Source of the DNA: Escherichia phage T4
Strand: one strand, 5' to 3'
Length of the DNA: 64,000 nucleotides
Sequence record: OL964745.1
A model generated the notes under the pieces. It worked only from the letters and a program-made list of their open reading frames with translations. It was not told the DNA's origin and ran no database searches. Positions 30,589 to 41,057 of this stretch are shown one piece after another. Both the position numbers and the translations under genes were made by a program. How positions within the stretch are numbered: position 1 is the stretch's first letter; every line of letters begins with the position of its first letter.

Positions 30589-32271
30589 TTAAACCATTAC
30601 AGTAAATCGACCAACTTTCTTCATTTGAAGATGCTGACCATATTCTTGCGGGTCATGGTCTTTATGCGAAATTATAAAAACGTTAGTGTTTTTCATTGAA
30701 TTTATAATATTAGCTACACCTTTAATACCTTCGGCATCAAATGACCCATCAAACACTTCATCAAGAATTAATGTACTAATACTAACACCAGATACGATAG
30801 AAGCAATATCACGCCAAGTAAATAAAAGAGCAATATCGATTCGTGCCTTTTCACCTTCACTAAATGAAGCATAACTAAAATCTTCACGACCACGGGATTT
30901 AATTGTCTCATTAAATTCTTCATCTAATGTAAACACATAATCCGCTTCCATTATTTTAAGATAATGGTTAATCTGCTTATTAAATAATGGAATGTACTTT
31001 TTAATAATAGCACCTTTAATACCAGAATCTTTGAGCATATCAGTCAAAATTCCTCGGTGGTATTTTTCCATTACTAAATTAGTTTTTGTCTTAACAATTT
31101 TATCAAGTTCTTCTTGAAGCAGTGCTATTTCATCAGCATGGTCAATAAACTCAGAAGATGCTTTTTCTATAGCCGCTTTAACTTTTTTAGCTTTATCTAC
31201 TGCTGCGATCAGAGATTGCTTTTTATTGCGAATATCATTTGCCAACGACTGCTGGGTTTTAATATTATCTCGGTATTCATCAACAAGAACTTTTAAATTA
31301 TCACGATGTGTTGAAAGCTGTTCAAACGAATGTGTGCATTCAGAAACTTTATCTTTAATTTTAGAAACAACTTTATCACCGGAACTCAATTGTGACAAAC
31401 AGGTTGGACATAATCCACCTTCGTGATACATATTAATGACTTTATTATACGAGTCAATTTTTGATTTAATTAAAAATGCTTCTTGACCGATTTTATTAAA
31501 TGCATCAGTCGGGTCTTCGTCCAAAACAATATTAACTAATCTTTCGTTAGCTTCTTCTATTTCCGATTTTAGCGTTCTAGCTTCTTTTGCCAAATCATCA
31601 TACATATTTTGTAGACGAGTAAGGTTGTCACCCGTTAATTTTTTCTGGCGTTCAACATTATCATTATATATTTTAATTTGTTGGATAATACTATCTTTTT
31701 TAACATCAAGCACTTGGTTCTGCGAATTTAATTCACGTATTAGTGCTTTATTAAGCTTATCCATTTCAGCTAATGTTCCTACCTCAAGCAGGTCTTCCAC
31801 AAGCTTTCTTCGCGCAGGGGTCGACAAACCCATGAAAGGGGTATACCCTGCTGTACCAAGGACAACAATCTGCTTGAAACTGGCATATGACATTCCGATA
31901 AGCTGTTCAAATTCTGCTTGGAAATCTTTACTGCTGGCAGATTCATTAAGACGTGTACCGTTAACGGTGATTTCGAAAACGTTTGGTTTTTGTCCTCTTT
32001 TGATATAGTACTTTTTCTCATCATATTCCATCCACAGTTCAACTAAAAGTTCTTTCTTATTTGTGCTGTTTATTAATTGACCTTTCTTTACATCGCGAAA
32101 TGGCTTACCAAAAAGCCCAAATGTGATGGCTTCTAGCATAGTAGACTTACCACCGCCATTTCGTCCAGTAATAAGAGTTTTTTGAACCTTATCTAATTGA
32201 ATGTCAATCCCATTTTGACCAACTGACATTATATTTTTATATTTTACTCTATTAAGTTTAAAATTCTTCAC
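30589..32271 (-). CDS. 46: recombination endonuclease subunit gp46 (Rad50/SbcC-like ATPase)
   Basis: 560-aa ORF; Walker A GRNGGGKST, coiled-coil middle with CPTC zinc hook, signature and Walker B LILDEVFD. Confidence 0.92.
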   Translation of the reverse strand: MKNFKLNRVKYKNIMSVGQNGIDIQLDKVQKTLITGRNGGGKSTMLEAITFGLFGKPFRDVKKGQLINSTNKKELLVELWMEYDEKKYYIKRGQKPNVFEITVNGTRLNESASSKDFQAEFEQLIGMSYASFKQIVVLGTAGYTPFMGLSTPARRKLVEDLLEVGTLAEMDKLNKALIRELNSQNQVLDVKKDSIIQQIKIYNDNVERQKKLTGDNLTRLQNMYDDLAKEARTLKSEIEEANERLVNIVLDEDPTDAFNKIGQEAFLIKSKIDSYNKVINMYHEGGLCPTCLSQLSSGDKVVSKIKDKVSECTHSFEQLSTHRDNLKVLVDEYRDNIKTQQSLANDIRNKKQSLIAAVDKAKKVKAAIEKASSEFIDHADEIALLQEELDKIVKTKTNLVMEKYHRGILTDMLKDSGIKGAIIKKYIPLFNKQINHYLKIMEADYVFTLDEEFNETIKSRGREDFSYASFSEGEKARIDIALLFTWRDIASIVSGVSISTLILDEVFDGSFDAEGIKGVANIINSMKNTNVFIISHKDHDPQEYGQHLQMKKVGRFTVMV

Positions 32272-32531
32272 AAAAGATTCCTTTTAATGTATCTTTTAGA
32301 CCATTCTATCATATCATCATAATCTAAAAAGTATTCATCAAATTCAGCCATGCAAACAACGCCTTGTGCTGTTTTTGATGTGATATAAATTATTCCAACA
32401 TATCTAGAATCTTCTTCGGTATAATCAATATTTGCTATGAATTCATCATTAATGTCAAATGTCGAAAACTTCACAGTATGCATCCTTAATACAAGATACA
32501 GCCATATCTCGTAATGATTTAGGTGTGTCAT
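32268..32531 (-). CDS. hypothetical protein (87 aa)
   Basis: ORF track; overlaps next ORF. Confidence 0.4.
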   Translation of the reverse strand: MTHLNHYEIWLYLVLRMHTVKFSTFDINDEFIANIDYTEEDSRYVGIIYITSKTAQGVVCMAEFDEYFLDYDDMIEWSKRYIKRNLL

Positions 32532-32718
32532 TATCTAAAATGTTGAAGTTAAAAGATACAGCCCAGTCAGTGCAGACAGTAACCTTTTTAATACAATTAT
32601 CTTCAACCTCTAACGGTTCAAACCAGTATTCAATAATTTCTTTATGACCAATATCATCTTTTACTTCACATTTAAAATGCTGACTCATCATAACATTTTT
32701 AAATTCATCAAAAGTCAT
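32455..32718 (-). CDS. hypothetical protein (87 aa)
   Basis: ORF track. Confidence 0.4.
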   Translation of the reverse strand: MTFDEFKNVMMSQHFKCEVKDDIGHKEIIEYWFEPLEVEDNCIKKVTVCTDWAVSFNFNILDNDTPKSLRDMAVSCIKDAYCEVFDI

Positions 32719-33734
32719 TGTGTTGCCTCTACATATAGCTGATTTGCATATTGAATAAGTGCTTCACGGTCAGAATCAGTGATGTCTGGAATTGCATTAA
32801 TATACTCTTCCATTAATGTCTGAAGCGATTGAACTTCAACTTCTTCACTGTCATCTGACTCGACAGAGTTATCAATCTTTGACACAACTCGTAATGAATG
32901 CACAACTTTTTCTAGTTCAGATTCGAACTTCGTCAGATTTTTGTCTACTTCAGTTACTATAACACGTACTGATAGATTTGTAAAATCTTTATAGTCAATT
33001 TTTCCTTTAAATGGATAATGAATTCTACGATGCCAGGTAGTATTGTTTGGAATAAATTCCGTTCGTTCTGTTTCTGTATCAAACATCCAGAACCCACGAG
33101 GGTCATTCTCGTCACCTGCGGTTAGTGTCCATGGTGTCCCAATATATCTGACGTTTGCAGCCTCAGAAATAGTATGGAAGTGACCAGACCACACTTCTTT
33201 ATAAGTCTTAAGGAAATCGGGTTCAAGACCATGAGATTTCATTCCTTTATAAAAATAAAATCCATTCAGTTCCCAGTGACCAACACAAAAAGAAGCAGAT
33301 GAAGTTTTGATATGCTCAAGAATTTCACCAGTATTTTCTTCGCACATCCAAGGAATCAAATCAATCAAACACCCGTCAAAATCTACTGTAGTAGGCTTAT
33401 CATACACTTTAACATTAGGATATTTAGCCAAAAGCTCAGTAGAAGCATTTGGATGCATTACATTTTTATAGTGGAGATCGTGATTTCCTACAATAGTGTG
33501 TAATGTAATTCCAGCATCATCAAGCGTTTGAACTATTTCACGGGCAAACTCCATAGTTTTATGTGTGATCGCTTTTCGCACATCAAAAATATCACCGTAT
33601 TGAATCCAGGTAGTAATTCCATTTTTCTTAGAATATTCTATCGCTTGCTTAATTCCATCAATTTGAATACCGCGAATCCACTCATCATCAGCTTTAACGC
33701 CTAAATGCCAATCACCTAAATTTAAAATTTTCAT
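32715..33734 (-). CDS. 47: recombination nuclease subunit gp47 (Mre11/SbcD-like)
   Basis: 339-aa calcineurin-like phosphoesterase (DWHLG, GNHD, GHWE). Confidence 0.92.
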   Translation of the reverse strand: MKILNLGDWHLGVKADDEWIRGIQIDGIKQAIEYSKKNGITTWIQYGDIFDVRKAITHKTMEFAREIVQTLDDAGITLHTIVGNHDLHYKNVMHPNASTELLAKYPNVKVYDKPTTVDFDGCLIDLIPWMCEENTGEILEHIKTSSASFCVGHWELNGFYFYKGMKSHGLEPDFLKTYKEVWSGHFHTISEAANVRYIGTPWTLTAGDENDPRGFWMFDTETERTEFIPNNTTWHRRIHYPFKGKIDYKDFTNLSVRVIVTEVDKNLTKFESELEKVVHSLRVVSKIDNSVESDDSEEVEVQSLQTLMEEYINAIPDITDSDREALIQYANQLYVEATQ

Positions 33735-33889
33735 ATATCAAGAACCGTCATTGAAATGCAAAATAAAATTATTGAAATAAATCCATCTGGAGTGCTAAAG
33801 AACCCAATCCAACATGCTCTAGTGAATAGATAAAATGCAAGAAAAAGTATCACATATCCAAGAAATATCATTATATCAAACTCCGTATA

Positions 33890-33912
33890 AAGCTAAAGGG
33901 CCGAAGCCCTTT
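33890..33912 (-). terminator. UUCG hairpin after alpha-gt
   Basis: Minus RNA GGGC-UUCG-GCCC followed by a U-containing tract. Confidence 0.45.
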
Positions 33913-35110
33913 ATTTTGTAATAATGTCAAACTGTTCTTTAAAGCAGAAGCTTGAATCTTGATGCTGATACAAAAATTCATATGCTTTTTCTCGCTCACG
34001 GTCATAAAGAGCTCGGTCAGATGACAGTTCTTTAATACGTTCAAATGTTGATTCCATATCATTTTCATCAAACCAAATGATACCGCTATCATGCGAGGTC
34101 AAAGGAGTATTATCAACACGGAATTTTAAATTTTCGCCAGTAGATTTCCAAAATACCGGAATTGTTCCACATGCACCAAGCTCGAGATGAGTATATTCGA
34201 GTGAGCGTTGTAAGTATTTCTGGTTAAGTTTACTCAACTGATATCCAAAGCCAGATTTACTCATTCGTTCAAGCATTTCACTATTAATATAACAATCTAG
34301 GATTTGTGCCGGTTGATTCGGCGCGAGATTCATTTTATCAATCTCACGATTACCGTAATATTCATACGGAATACCTTTTTCCTTAATTGCAATAAAAGCA
34401 GGGGAACGTTCCAGACCTTCCATTACAGTGGATTTACCAGCAGGTTTTAAGAATTTTTCATGAAAATCAAACATCTGGTAAAAACCTTTCCATGTAGTCG
34501 TACGACCAATCCAACGGTTGATATTCATGTTAATTTCAGAAACATCTTTCCAATAAGTTGACCGAACCTTCACAATATCCATAGGAGGCTGAAAATTATA
34601 TACTGTCGGTGCTTCTTCAATATCATCAAACAGAGAAACAGTTTCTGGATACCATTCTTTCATCAGAACTTTATTAAAATCACCATTATCAGAATGGCTA
34701 AAAATAACATCAGCTCGACGAACAGTTTCTTCTAATCCCAAATTTCGACGCAAAGAAAGAACAGAATGATCATGCTGATAAACTACAACACGAATAGAAG
34801 GTTTAATATTATCTAAAAGTTTTTTATAGTTAATCGTAGCTTCTTGAACGGAAGTAGCAGGAACAGAATTAATAATTAGAATATCACAATCATTTACTAG
34901 CTTAAGTGCTTTATCGTATTCTTTAGCTAAAATAACTGGAATTGAAAATGATTTGTGGTCATGAGAACTTGTACGAGTAAATGATTTATCTTTAGCATAA
35001 ACCAAAGTTACTTCATGACCATTTTTAATAAACCAATCACGTTGCTCGAGTGAGAATTTTGTTACACCACAACCTTCAAGACCTCGAGCCATAAAAATGC
35101 AAATACGCAT
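33911..35110 (-). CDS. agt: DNA alpha-glucosyltransferase
   Basis: 399-aa ORF beginning MRICIFMARGLEGCGVTKF. Confidence 0.9.
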   Translation of the reverse strand: MRICIFMARGLEGCGVTKFSLEQRDWFIKNGHEVTLVYAKDKSFTRTSSHDHKSFSIPVILAKEYDKALKLVNDCDILIINSVPATSVQEATINYKKLLDNIKPSIRVVVYQHDHSVLSLRRNLGLEETVRRADVIFSHSDNGDFNKVLMKEWYPETVSLFDDIEEAPTVYNFQPPMDIVKVRSTYWKDVSEINMNINRWIGRTTTWKGFYQMFDFHEKFLKPAGKSTVMEGLERSPAFIAIKEKGIPYEYYGNREIDKMNLAPNQPAQILDCYINSEMLERMSKSGFGYQLSKLNQKYLQRSLEYTHLELGACGTIPVFWKSTGENLKFRVDNTPLTSHDSGIIWFDENDMESTFERIKELSSDRALYDREREKAYEFLYQHQDSSFCFKEQFDIITK

Positions 35111-35158
35111 AGTTTTCCTCTTTTCATTTAATAAATCATGTAAATAATATTTTATTTT

Positions 35159-35940
35159 CTATAAAACGCTACGAATAGGCCCAAACATATCCATAAGCAA
35201 TTTTGCTTTTTCCAGATTGCACTTTTTAATATTAGACATGCATCCTTTAACGGATACAGCTGCGTCTTTAATTCTAGGAAATACTCGTAATAATTTTCCA
35301 GTAGTATCATATTGAAATACTGGCACATTTCTTTTCTGAGTTATCCCACGTAGATTTAGACATTTTTTGTTTAGTTGCATTAGACATCCTAGAGGGCTTT
35401 CCTATGTTATCAGAATAATATTTCCATTGAAATCCTCCAGCGGTTTTCCTTTTACCATCTACACATTGTTTAATTGAAGTTGAACAGCTATGACATATCT
35501 TCTGCAGCATCTGTAATACATCTATATTTGCGAATAAAATTTCCATTTAAATCATATTGATAAATTGGTTTTCCAGCATTTCGTCTAGCGTTAGACATGT
35601 ATTTATTATCATCTTTCCAGAACTCTTTCATGCTTTCCGATATTGAAGAAGATACAGCTGTTTTAATCCATCCATACATTATTATTTAGTCTTGTTCCGT
35701 CAGAACTATAACATCATACGAATAGCTAAAGCCAATTTAGGAAGTCTATAAATTTTAAATAATAAATGCGCGGTAAAATGTTCTTCTGGTGTCAAAAGAA
35801 CTAAATTAGTTTTATCATCTGTACCACCCATACATCTAGGAATTATATGATGTGTTTCAGTATAGTATGTCAAAAGACTTTTATCATTGCCTCTGTTTAG
35901 TCCTTTTTCGATCAGTAAATTATATGTTTAAATAATTCAT
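35159..35940 (-). pseudogene. mobB: HNH homing endonuclease remnant with tandem DNA-binding repeats (mobB-like)
   Basis: ATG at 35940 (MNYLNI*), then HNH motif TETHHIIPRCMGGTDDKTNLVLLTPEEHFTAHLL in another frame; three track ORFs carry repeats PIYQYDLNGNFIRKYRCITDAAEDM and PVFQYDTTGKLLRVFPRIKDAAV. Confidence 0.5.
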
Positions 35941-35967
35941 TTTAGTTTATTTTACCAAAAAATTTAT

Positions 35968-35992
35968 AAAGCAATAGGAGCCGAAGCTCCTA
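35968..35992 (-). terminator. UUCG hairpin
   Basis: Minus RNA GGAGC-UUCG-GCUCC. Confidence 0.4.
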
Positions 35993-36181
35993 TCCACATA
36001 ATACGCCATACAGAGGCTCGTTAGAACTTTTAAATTTTATGCGCTTATATGTTATAGTTCCTTCTGCTTTAGCTTTATCATGAGCCTCTTTAAAGCGTCT
36101 CATCATTTCCTCTCTAGAGGAACGAATTTTATTATAATCTATTTCAGAAGTCGGATGTTCATCTTTCACAGTTGCCACCAT
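35990..36181 (-). CDS. hypothetical protein (63 aa)
   Basis: ORF track. Confidence 0.4.
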   Translation of the reverse strand: MVATVKDEHPTSEIDYNKIRSSREEMMRRFKEAHDKAKAEGTITYKRIKFKSSNEPLYGVLCG

Positions 36182-36372
36182 TTTTTGACTTGATAAGAAT
36201 CAACCCACACTTTCATATTAGGGTCTGCTCTTACAATAGGAGGATTAACTTCTTTGATTGAACTATCACGGTATTCTTTTTCAGAAATTTTCACGCAAAG
36301 ATGACCATTCAAAGATTCAGTAAATCCTGCATTAATTTTAAGACGCTTGAATTTTACGTGTGTAAGCATCAA
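36166..36372 (-). CDS. hypothetical protein (68 aa)
   Basis: ORF track. Confidence 0.4.
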   Translation of the reverse strand: MMLTHVKFKRLKINAGFTESLNGHLCVKISEKEYRDSSIKEVNPPIVRADPNMKVWVDSYQVKKWWQL

Positions 36373-36655
36373 TCATATCCTCAATCTGCGATCTAGTAGT
36401 CTTCCAAAGAATACTGATGAGTTCATCGTTATATGGCTGTTTTAGAATATCCCGACTTTTCTTGATAGCATATTCGTATTGAGCAAAATTATTATTTTCA
36501 GCTGCGATCTGAGCGTGCTTATAAAGACGATTCAGTTCGCGTTTGTTTTTAGACAATAACTTATTTGCTTTTCTTTCTGCTTCAAGACGGTTCTTTTCTT
36601 CAATAGAAGAAATAAGCTTTTCCACTTCATCATTAATTTCGGGTTTATCAGTCAT
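36338..36655 (-). CDS. hypothetical protein (105 aa)
   Basis: ORF track. Confidence 0.4.
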   Translation of the reverse strand: MTDKPEINDEVEKLISSIEEKNRLEAERKANKLLSKNKRELNRLYKHAQIAAENNNFAQYEYAIKKSRDILKQPYNDELISILWKTTRSQIEDMIDAYTRKIQAS

Positions 36656-36656
36656 A

Positions 36657-36902
36657 TTATTTCTCTAATATAAAATAAAAATCATCATCTGTTAAATGAT
36701 ACCGATAGTTTAATTCTACACCATTAGATTTAAAAGCGGTATCATACGGATTTTCTGGATCAATATCAATGTCAAGAGCTAAAACTTCCCTGAGATACAT
36801 TTTAAGTAAATAGGGAATAGCTTCAACTTCAGGTATTTCTTCCAAGAATCCGGAGAGGTTAATCGTTAGCCTCATATAAAAAATCCAAACTAGGAGAATC
36901 AT
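36657..36902 (-). CDS. hypothetical protein (81 aa)
   Basis: ORF track. Confidence 0.4.
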
Positions 36903-37422
36903 CTACAACACTTTTCTTTTCAGCCCCCGGTGTTCTATAGGTTGATTCTTCGTAATGCGTCATTTTATCATAGATGTCTTGAATAAAAGTTTCATCTACT
37001 AACGCAACCATATCGTCGTCACGGCTGTCATAGACATTGTGAACGAAGTAACTATATTTCTTTGCAACTTCCTTACGTTCTTTTTTAATACGTTGGACGA
37101 ATGCATTAAAACAAGCTTGAGTTATATACGCATGTGGGTTTTTATATTTCGTTTCATCAAAATTGTGAAGCCCCTTAATAGAAGCTTCTATACCATCTGC
37201 AATCATTTCTTGTTTCCAAGACTGGGTGTATCCTGAAAAGTTGAAACGTTTAGATAAGCCTTCTGCAATAAGCATAATGGCTAATCCGATAGTATCATTC
37301 TGACGAACTACTTTATTTGGGTCTTTATTATTTGCTAATTCTGTTTTCCAATCAATAATAGCTTGTAAAAGCTCTTTATTGTTTACGTAATTATATTTAG
37401 GCTTAGTTTCTGACATTTTCAC
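36859..37422 (-). CDS. 55: late-transcription sigma factor gp55
   Basis: 187-aa ORF (real start probably MSETKPKY) at the T4 gene 55 position. Confidence 0.88.
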
Positions 37423-37498
37423 CTCTTAGCTCAATTCATAGATCTATTATATCATAATATTTGAAGACCTATCTTAAAGCATAGAGGATGAATCAATT

Positions 37499-37714
37499 TC
37501 AAGCATTCATCAGATTAGCCGCTCCAAGAGCTGCATCTAGTGAATCAAATTGGTCAACATATTCAATTAATTCGCCGTAATTAGCGTATAACCACCATTG
37601 GCTAAATTCATACTCAAGGATGAATCCATTTCCTTCAATTTGAGTTAAACCAATGCCATTTGTATTTACTTCATACCCAGCGAGACGTAAATCGTTAATA
37701 AGAGCTTCGTTCAT
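37499..37714 (-). CDS. hypothetical protein (71 aa)
   Basis: ORF track. Confidence 0.4.
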   Translation of the reverse strand: MNEALINDLRLAGYEVNTNGIGLTQIEGNGFILEYEFSQWWLYANYGELIEYVDQFDSLDAALGAANLMNA

Positions 37715-37716
37715 AA

Positions 37717-38043
37717 TTATACCTTAGTAATTTTCAGGTCTGCAAATTTTTTCTTGCGTTGATTTTTCATGCGACGAATAGTTTTATCGGAAATTTCATG
37801 CTTTTGATAAGCTTTAGATTCTACACCAAAAGCTTTAACATCAAATTCTGACAAGATATATTGAACCAACAATTCACGGACAGTATTGCGTCCAATCTTC
37901 TGATCATTCTGTTTCATCGTTTGATGAAGCTCTTTTTCCCATTTATCCAAAATTTGAGGAGTTACAATATCGCCTTTTTCTAGCAAAGAAACTACTTTAT
38001 CATATGCGTAAGAATTGATGGCGTTTTTAATTTGAATAGTCAT
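37717..38043 (-). CDS. hypothetical protein (108 aa)
   Basis: ORF track. Confidence 0.4.
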   Translation of the reverse strand: MTIQIKNAINSYAYDKVVSLLEKGDIVTPQILDKWEKELHQTMKQNDQKIGRNTVRELLVQYILSEFDVKAFGVESKAYQKHEISDKTIRRMKNQRKKKFADLKITKV

Positions 38044-38095
38044 ACATTATCCTCAATTACGTTAAAATTTTATTATCCAAAAAGGGCCGAAGCCC

Positions 38096-38296
38096 TTAGC
38101 TAAACTTTTTGGCACCCTTCCAGCCTTCGTACATCATTGCGACTGACAATGACAAAGCTCCTTCACATGCTGCATACTTATTATTCCAGAACCAATTTAG
38201 AAAAACTTCATCCTCAATACCGTTGTGTTTCATGTTCTGGAAAAATTTGGCGCGTTCTTCAGCAATTCGCTGCGATAATTTAGATTCAGGATTCAT
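38096..38296 (-). CDS. hypothetical protein (66 aa)
   Basis: ORF track. Confidence 0.4.
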   Translation of the reverse strand: MNPESKLSQRIAEERAKFFQNMKHNGIEDEVFLNWFWNNKYAACEGALSLSVAMMYEGWKGAKKFS

Positions 38297-38512
38297 TTAA
38301 ATTTCCCAATTGCCATTTTCATCAATAAATTTAATCCAGTCATTTACTGACCACTTGGTCGTATCGCCTTTTGGAGTAACATTTAAAGTGTATAGCCCTT
38401 GCTTAAAAAGCATGCGTTTGATATTCATATTTTCCTCAGCTGTAACGATAACACTCGTTTGATTTACGTTTAGCAACTCGTTGAGAAGTATTATAATCAA
38501 AATCATCATCAA
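38297..38512 (-). CDS. hypothetical protein (71 aa; start probably internal)
   Basis: ORF track. Confidence 0.4.
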   Translation of the reverse strand: MMMILIIILLNELLNVNQTSVIVTAEENMNIKRMLFKQGLYTLNVTPKGDTTKWSVNDWIKFIDENGNWEI

Positions 38513-38774
38513 TGTAAACTGATTTTTTCAACTTTCTTACTTCACCGCGTAATTGACGATTTAACTCATCTTTAACTTCTGAATCAATACCTTTCATTCT
38601 ACGCCATTTATCTGAGCGAAAAATGTTTTCAACCATATCTTTATGACTTACCCCATCAGGAGCTTTACGCTTTCCGAAATAGTCATAATCACGCACTTTT
38701 AAGTCTTTACGACGATACGTTTTACCCATGGAGTTTAATTTCCTTAGCAACTGAACTAAATACAGCACGATCAC
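38436..38774 (-). CDS. hypothetical basic protein (112 aa; start probably internal)
   Basis: ORF track. Confidence 0.4.
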   Translation of the reverse strand: MIVLYLVQLLRKLNSMGKTYRRKDLKVRDYDYFGKRKAPDGVSHKDMVENIFRSDKWRRMKGIDSEVKDELNRQLRGEVRKLKKSVYIDDDFDYNTSQRVAKRKSNECYRYS

Positions 38775-38904
38775 AAATCATACGTTTATGTAACTTGAGT
38801 ATAAGATAGTAAACATCAAAACCATTTACATAAGTAACACGAACAACATTACCATTCACGAGATAATACTGTCCCTTTTTAATCTCTTTATCAACCACAA
38901 CCAT
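38722..38904 (-). CDS. hypothetical protein (60 aa)
   Basis: ORF track. Confidence 0.35.
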   Translation of the reverse strand: MVVVDKEIKKGQYYLVNGNVVRVTYVNGFDVYYLILKLHKRMICDRAVFSSVAKEIKLHG

Positions 38905-39035
38905 ATCAATTCCTCAAAGGTAATTCATATGTTAATAATACCACGGTTTGAACTTGTTGTAAACAACTTTGTGAAAAATATTTTAGGGAATGATAAGAAA
39001 GGAACGATAGCTTAGAATGGTAATATACAGAATGT

Positions 39036-39060
39036 GAGAAAGAAAGGCCCAGAGGGCCCG
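39036..39060 (-). terminator. hairpin after nrdH
   Basis: Minus RNA GGGCCC-UCU-GGGCC followed by a U-rich tract. Confidence 0.45.
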
Positions 39061-39062
39061 TC

Positions 39063-39371
39063 TTAATCTTCTATGATATCTCTATCATATCCAAGTGAAA
39101 TGAGAGTTTCTTTGAAGTGTTTAATGTTCTTTTGTCTAGAATCATTAATGAAAATGACTGGATAACGAATGTTAAGAGATGTGAATCCAGCGCGTTTAGC
39201 AAGAGATACAATCAGCGGACGATCATACTCAATCTTACCATTATTTGTAAGAACTTTATAGAAAGTAAAAGGAGCATTGAGCTCCTTTAGAAGTTTTGTA
39301 ACTGATTGACATCCAGGACAACGACCTACTTCATCTGGAATTCCATAGACTTCAATCTTATTTTGTTTCAC
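39063..39371 (-). CDS. nrdH: glutaredoxin-like NrdH
   Basis: 102-aa ORF with CPGC redox motif. Confidence 0.85.
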   Translation of the reverse strand: MKQNKIEVYGIPDEVGRCPGCQSVTKLLKELNAPFTFYKVLTNNGKIEYDRPLIVSLAKRAGFTSLNIRYPVIFINDSRQKNIKHFKETLISLGYDRDIIED

Positions 39372-39373
39372 AA

Positions 39374-39586
39374 CTATTCCTTACTAAGAGCAGCATTCAG
39401 CTTGTTAGTAATTTTATCCAGACGCTCATTGAATTCACTAGAAGATAAGCCCTTTTCTGGAGAAATCAAACTAATCACGAAAAATATAGCAATAAAAGGA
39501 ATAAGGAAAATAGCTCCAACTGCCATAAACAGAAAGAATGTTACAGTTGTAAGAAAATCAGCTAAACCTTTACGAAATTTATACAT
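39374..39586 (-). CDS. small membrane protein (70 aa)
   Basis: Hydrophobic segment FLFMAVGAIFLIPFIAIFFVISLI. Confidence 0.45.
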   Translation of the reverse strand: MYKFRKGLADFLTTVTFFLFMAVGAIFLIPFIAIFFVISLISPEKGLSSSEFNERLDKITNKLNAALSKE

Positions 39587-39701
39587 TTACATTTACCTTT
39601 AATTGATTAACCAAGCATTGATAAGCACTAAACTCTGCGAATAAAATTCTGGACCAAAATGAAAAATCATATCATTTATAGTATCCATAATGTAATTCAA
39701 T

Positions 39702-40055
39702 TTAATCATGTTTCCACACCCCATCGGTATTTGACCAAAGTCGCTGATTATCTGATCCTCGCCACAGCTTTTTGGTCGGAAGATTTTTCTCATACTTCCC
39801 ATCAATAATAACATCAACATATTTAAGCATTTCTAGTTGTTTAATATCTTCAAACTTATATCCTGTCCACAACCAGATATCTTTCTCCGGAAATCTTGCT
39901 TTAACCCAAGAAACTAAATTTGAAATCTCTTCTCGGTTCTGTGGATAAAGTGGGTCACCGCCGGTTAAGGTAAGGCCTTGGATATACGATTTGCTTAAAT
40001 GGGACGCAAGTTCTTTAACGGTATTCATAGTGAATAACTGTCCGTTACGAGCATT
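39702..40055 (-). pseudogene. nrdG: NrdG activase, 3' part only
   Basis: NARNGQLFTMNTVKELASHL..LTGGDPLYPQN...KDIWLWTGYKFED...IIDGKYE...WRGSDNQRLW aligns with the C-terminal two-thirds of NrdG; the CxxxCxxC radical-SAM N-terminus is absent. Confidence 0.75.
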
Positions 40056-40822
40056 CCCCGTTTATATGAAACAATGTAATTTGGATAATTGTCATCTAAA
40101 CACAAATCTTTAATACGACTTGGGTGGAGTTTTAAATCTTTAGCAGCATCCACAAATGATTTATAGATATTGTCATTTATTTTAACATATTCTGGGACGG
40201 GATGAATTGTTATTTTTATATCTATAACATTTGGATGATTACTAACCTGTTCTTCAGAGCATTTAAGAAATTTTGCAGCTGATTTAAAACTTCTAAATTT
40301 ATTTCCGGATTTTAAAGCTATAGAAACAGTCTTTTTAGCCGTTCTACTACCAATATTATTTTTAACATGAGCTTCACTTCTACTATTATTTTTATAATGC
40401 TCAATCAATTTCTCTCGTATCTTATCTTTATGTTTTAAAGATAAGATTTTACCTTTATGGGCATTACTAAGTTTTTGCTTATGTTCTTCTGAATCCGGAT
40501 ATTTGTTAAATTTATATCCACCTATAGATTTATTAAGAATAAATTCGTTATTAAAATATTTCCTAATAAGCATTTCTTCATGTTTAAGGGCCGATTCATA
40601 AGAATCAAAAACTTGAAGAATTATCCACTTAGCTTTATAATCTTTAAGCTTTTCTTTAACAAGCTTAGATGACGAATTGTATTCTTTCCAATTTGTATCT
40701 TTACCATATATAGTTTTGAATTTTTTAAAACCTATATAAAAAGACTTATCAGGAAATCTTACCATATAGGTAAATGCTACAGAATTGGCAATTTTTAAGC
40801 TTTTTCTTAATTTCCATTTCAT
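40025..40822 (-). CDS. GIY-YIG intron endonuclease, I-TevII-like, with altered C-terminal tail
   Basis: 265-aa ORF (FTYMVRFPDKSFYIG plus NUMOD-like repeats) just 3' of a group I intron core; last ~10 codons run across the junction into nrdG sequence. Confidence 0.75.
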   Translation of the reverse strand: MKWKLRKSLKIANSVAFTYMVRFPDKSFYIGFKKFKTIYGKDTNWKEYNSSSKLVKEKLKDYKAKWIILQVFDSYESALKHEEMLIRKYFNNEFILNKSIGGYKFNKYPDSEEHKQKLSNAHKGKILSLKHKDKIREKLIEHYKNNSRSEAHVKNNIGSRTAKKTVSIALKSGNKFRSFKSAAKFLKCSEEQVSNHPNVIDIKITIHPVPEYVKINDNIYKSFVDAAKDLKLHPSRIKDLCLDDNYPNYIVSYKRGMLVTDSYSL

Positions 40823-41057
40823 CGTTTCACCTCGTATTCATATTTATACGAGGATAAACAGCTGCATGTCACCATGCAGTTCAGACTATATCTTCAACTC
40901 TTAGAGTTGTCTGCCGTTTCGGGTCGCTTGACCCTACTCCCTTACATTCATCAGGGATAGTCGTTGGGCATTTACAGCTACTGCTGATTTAGCAACGGAT
41001 TGTCTCAGTGAGAGTTTCCCGTTTTAGGCAGATTTTACATGAGCTTGACTTACGTTA
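40056..41057 (-). mobile_element. group I intron of nrdD (sunY type) carrying the I-TevII ORF; 3' terminus apparently missing
   Basis: Minus RNA from 41057: UAACGUAAGUCAAGCUCAUGUAAAAUCUGCCUAAAACGGGAAACUCUCACUGAGACAAUCCGUUGCUAAAUCAGC... (td-like core), then the endonuclease ORF. About 1002 nt against about 1033 recalled for T4. Confidence 0.75.

Noticed and set aside
39374-39702. nrdD exon 2 located elsewhere near nrdG
   Set aside because: The only ORFs there are a 70-aa membrane protein and a spurious overlap; no glycyl-radical or zinc-ribbon motifs in any frame I read.
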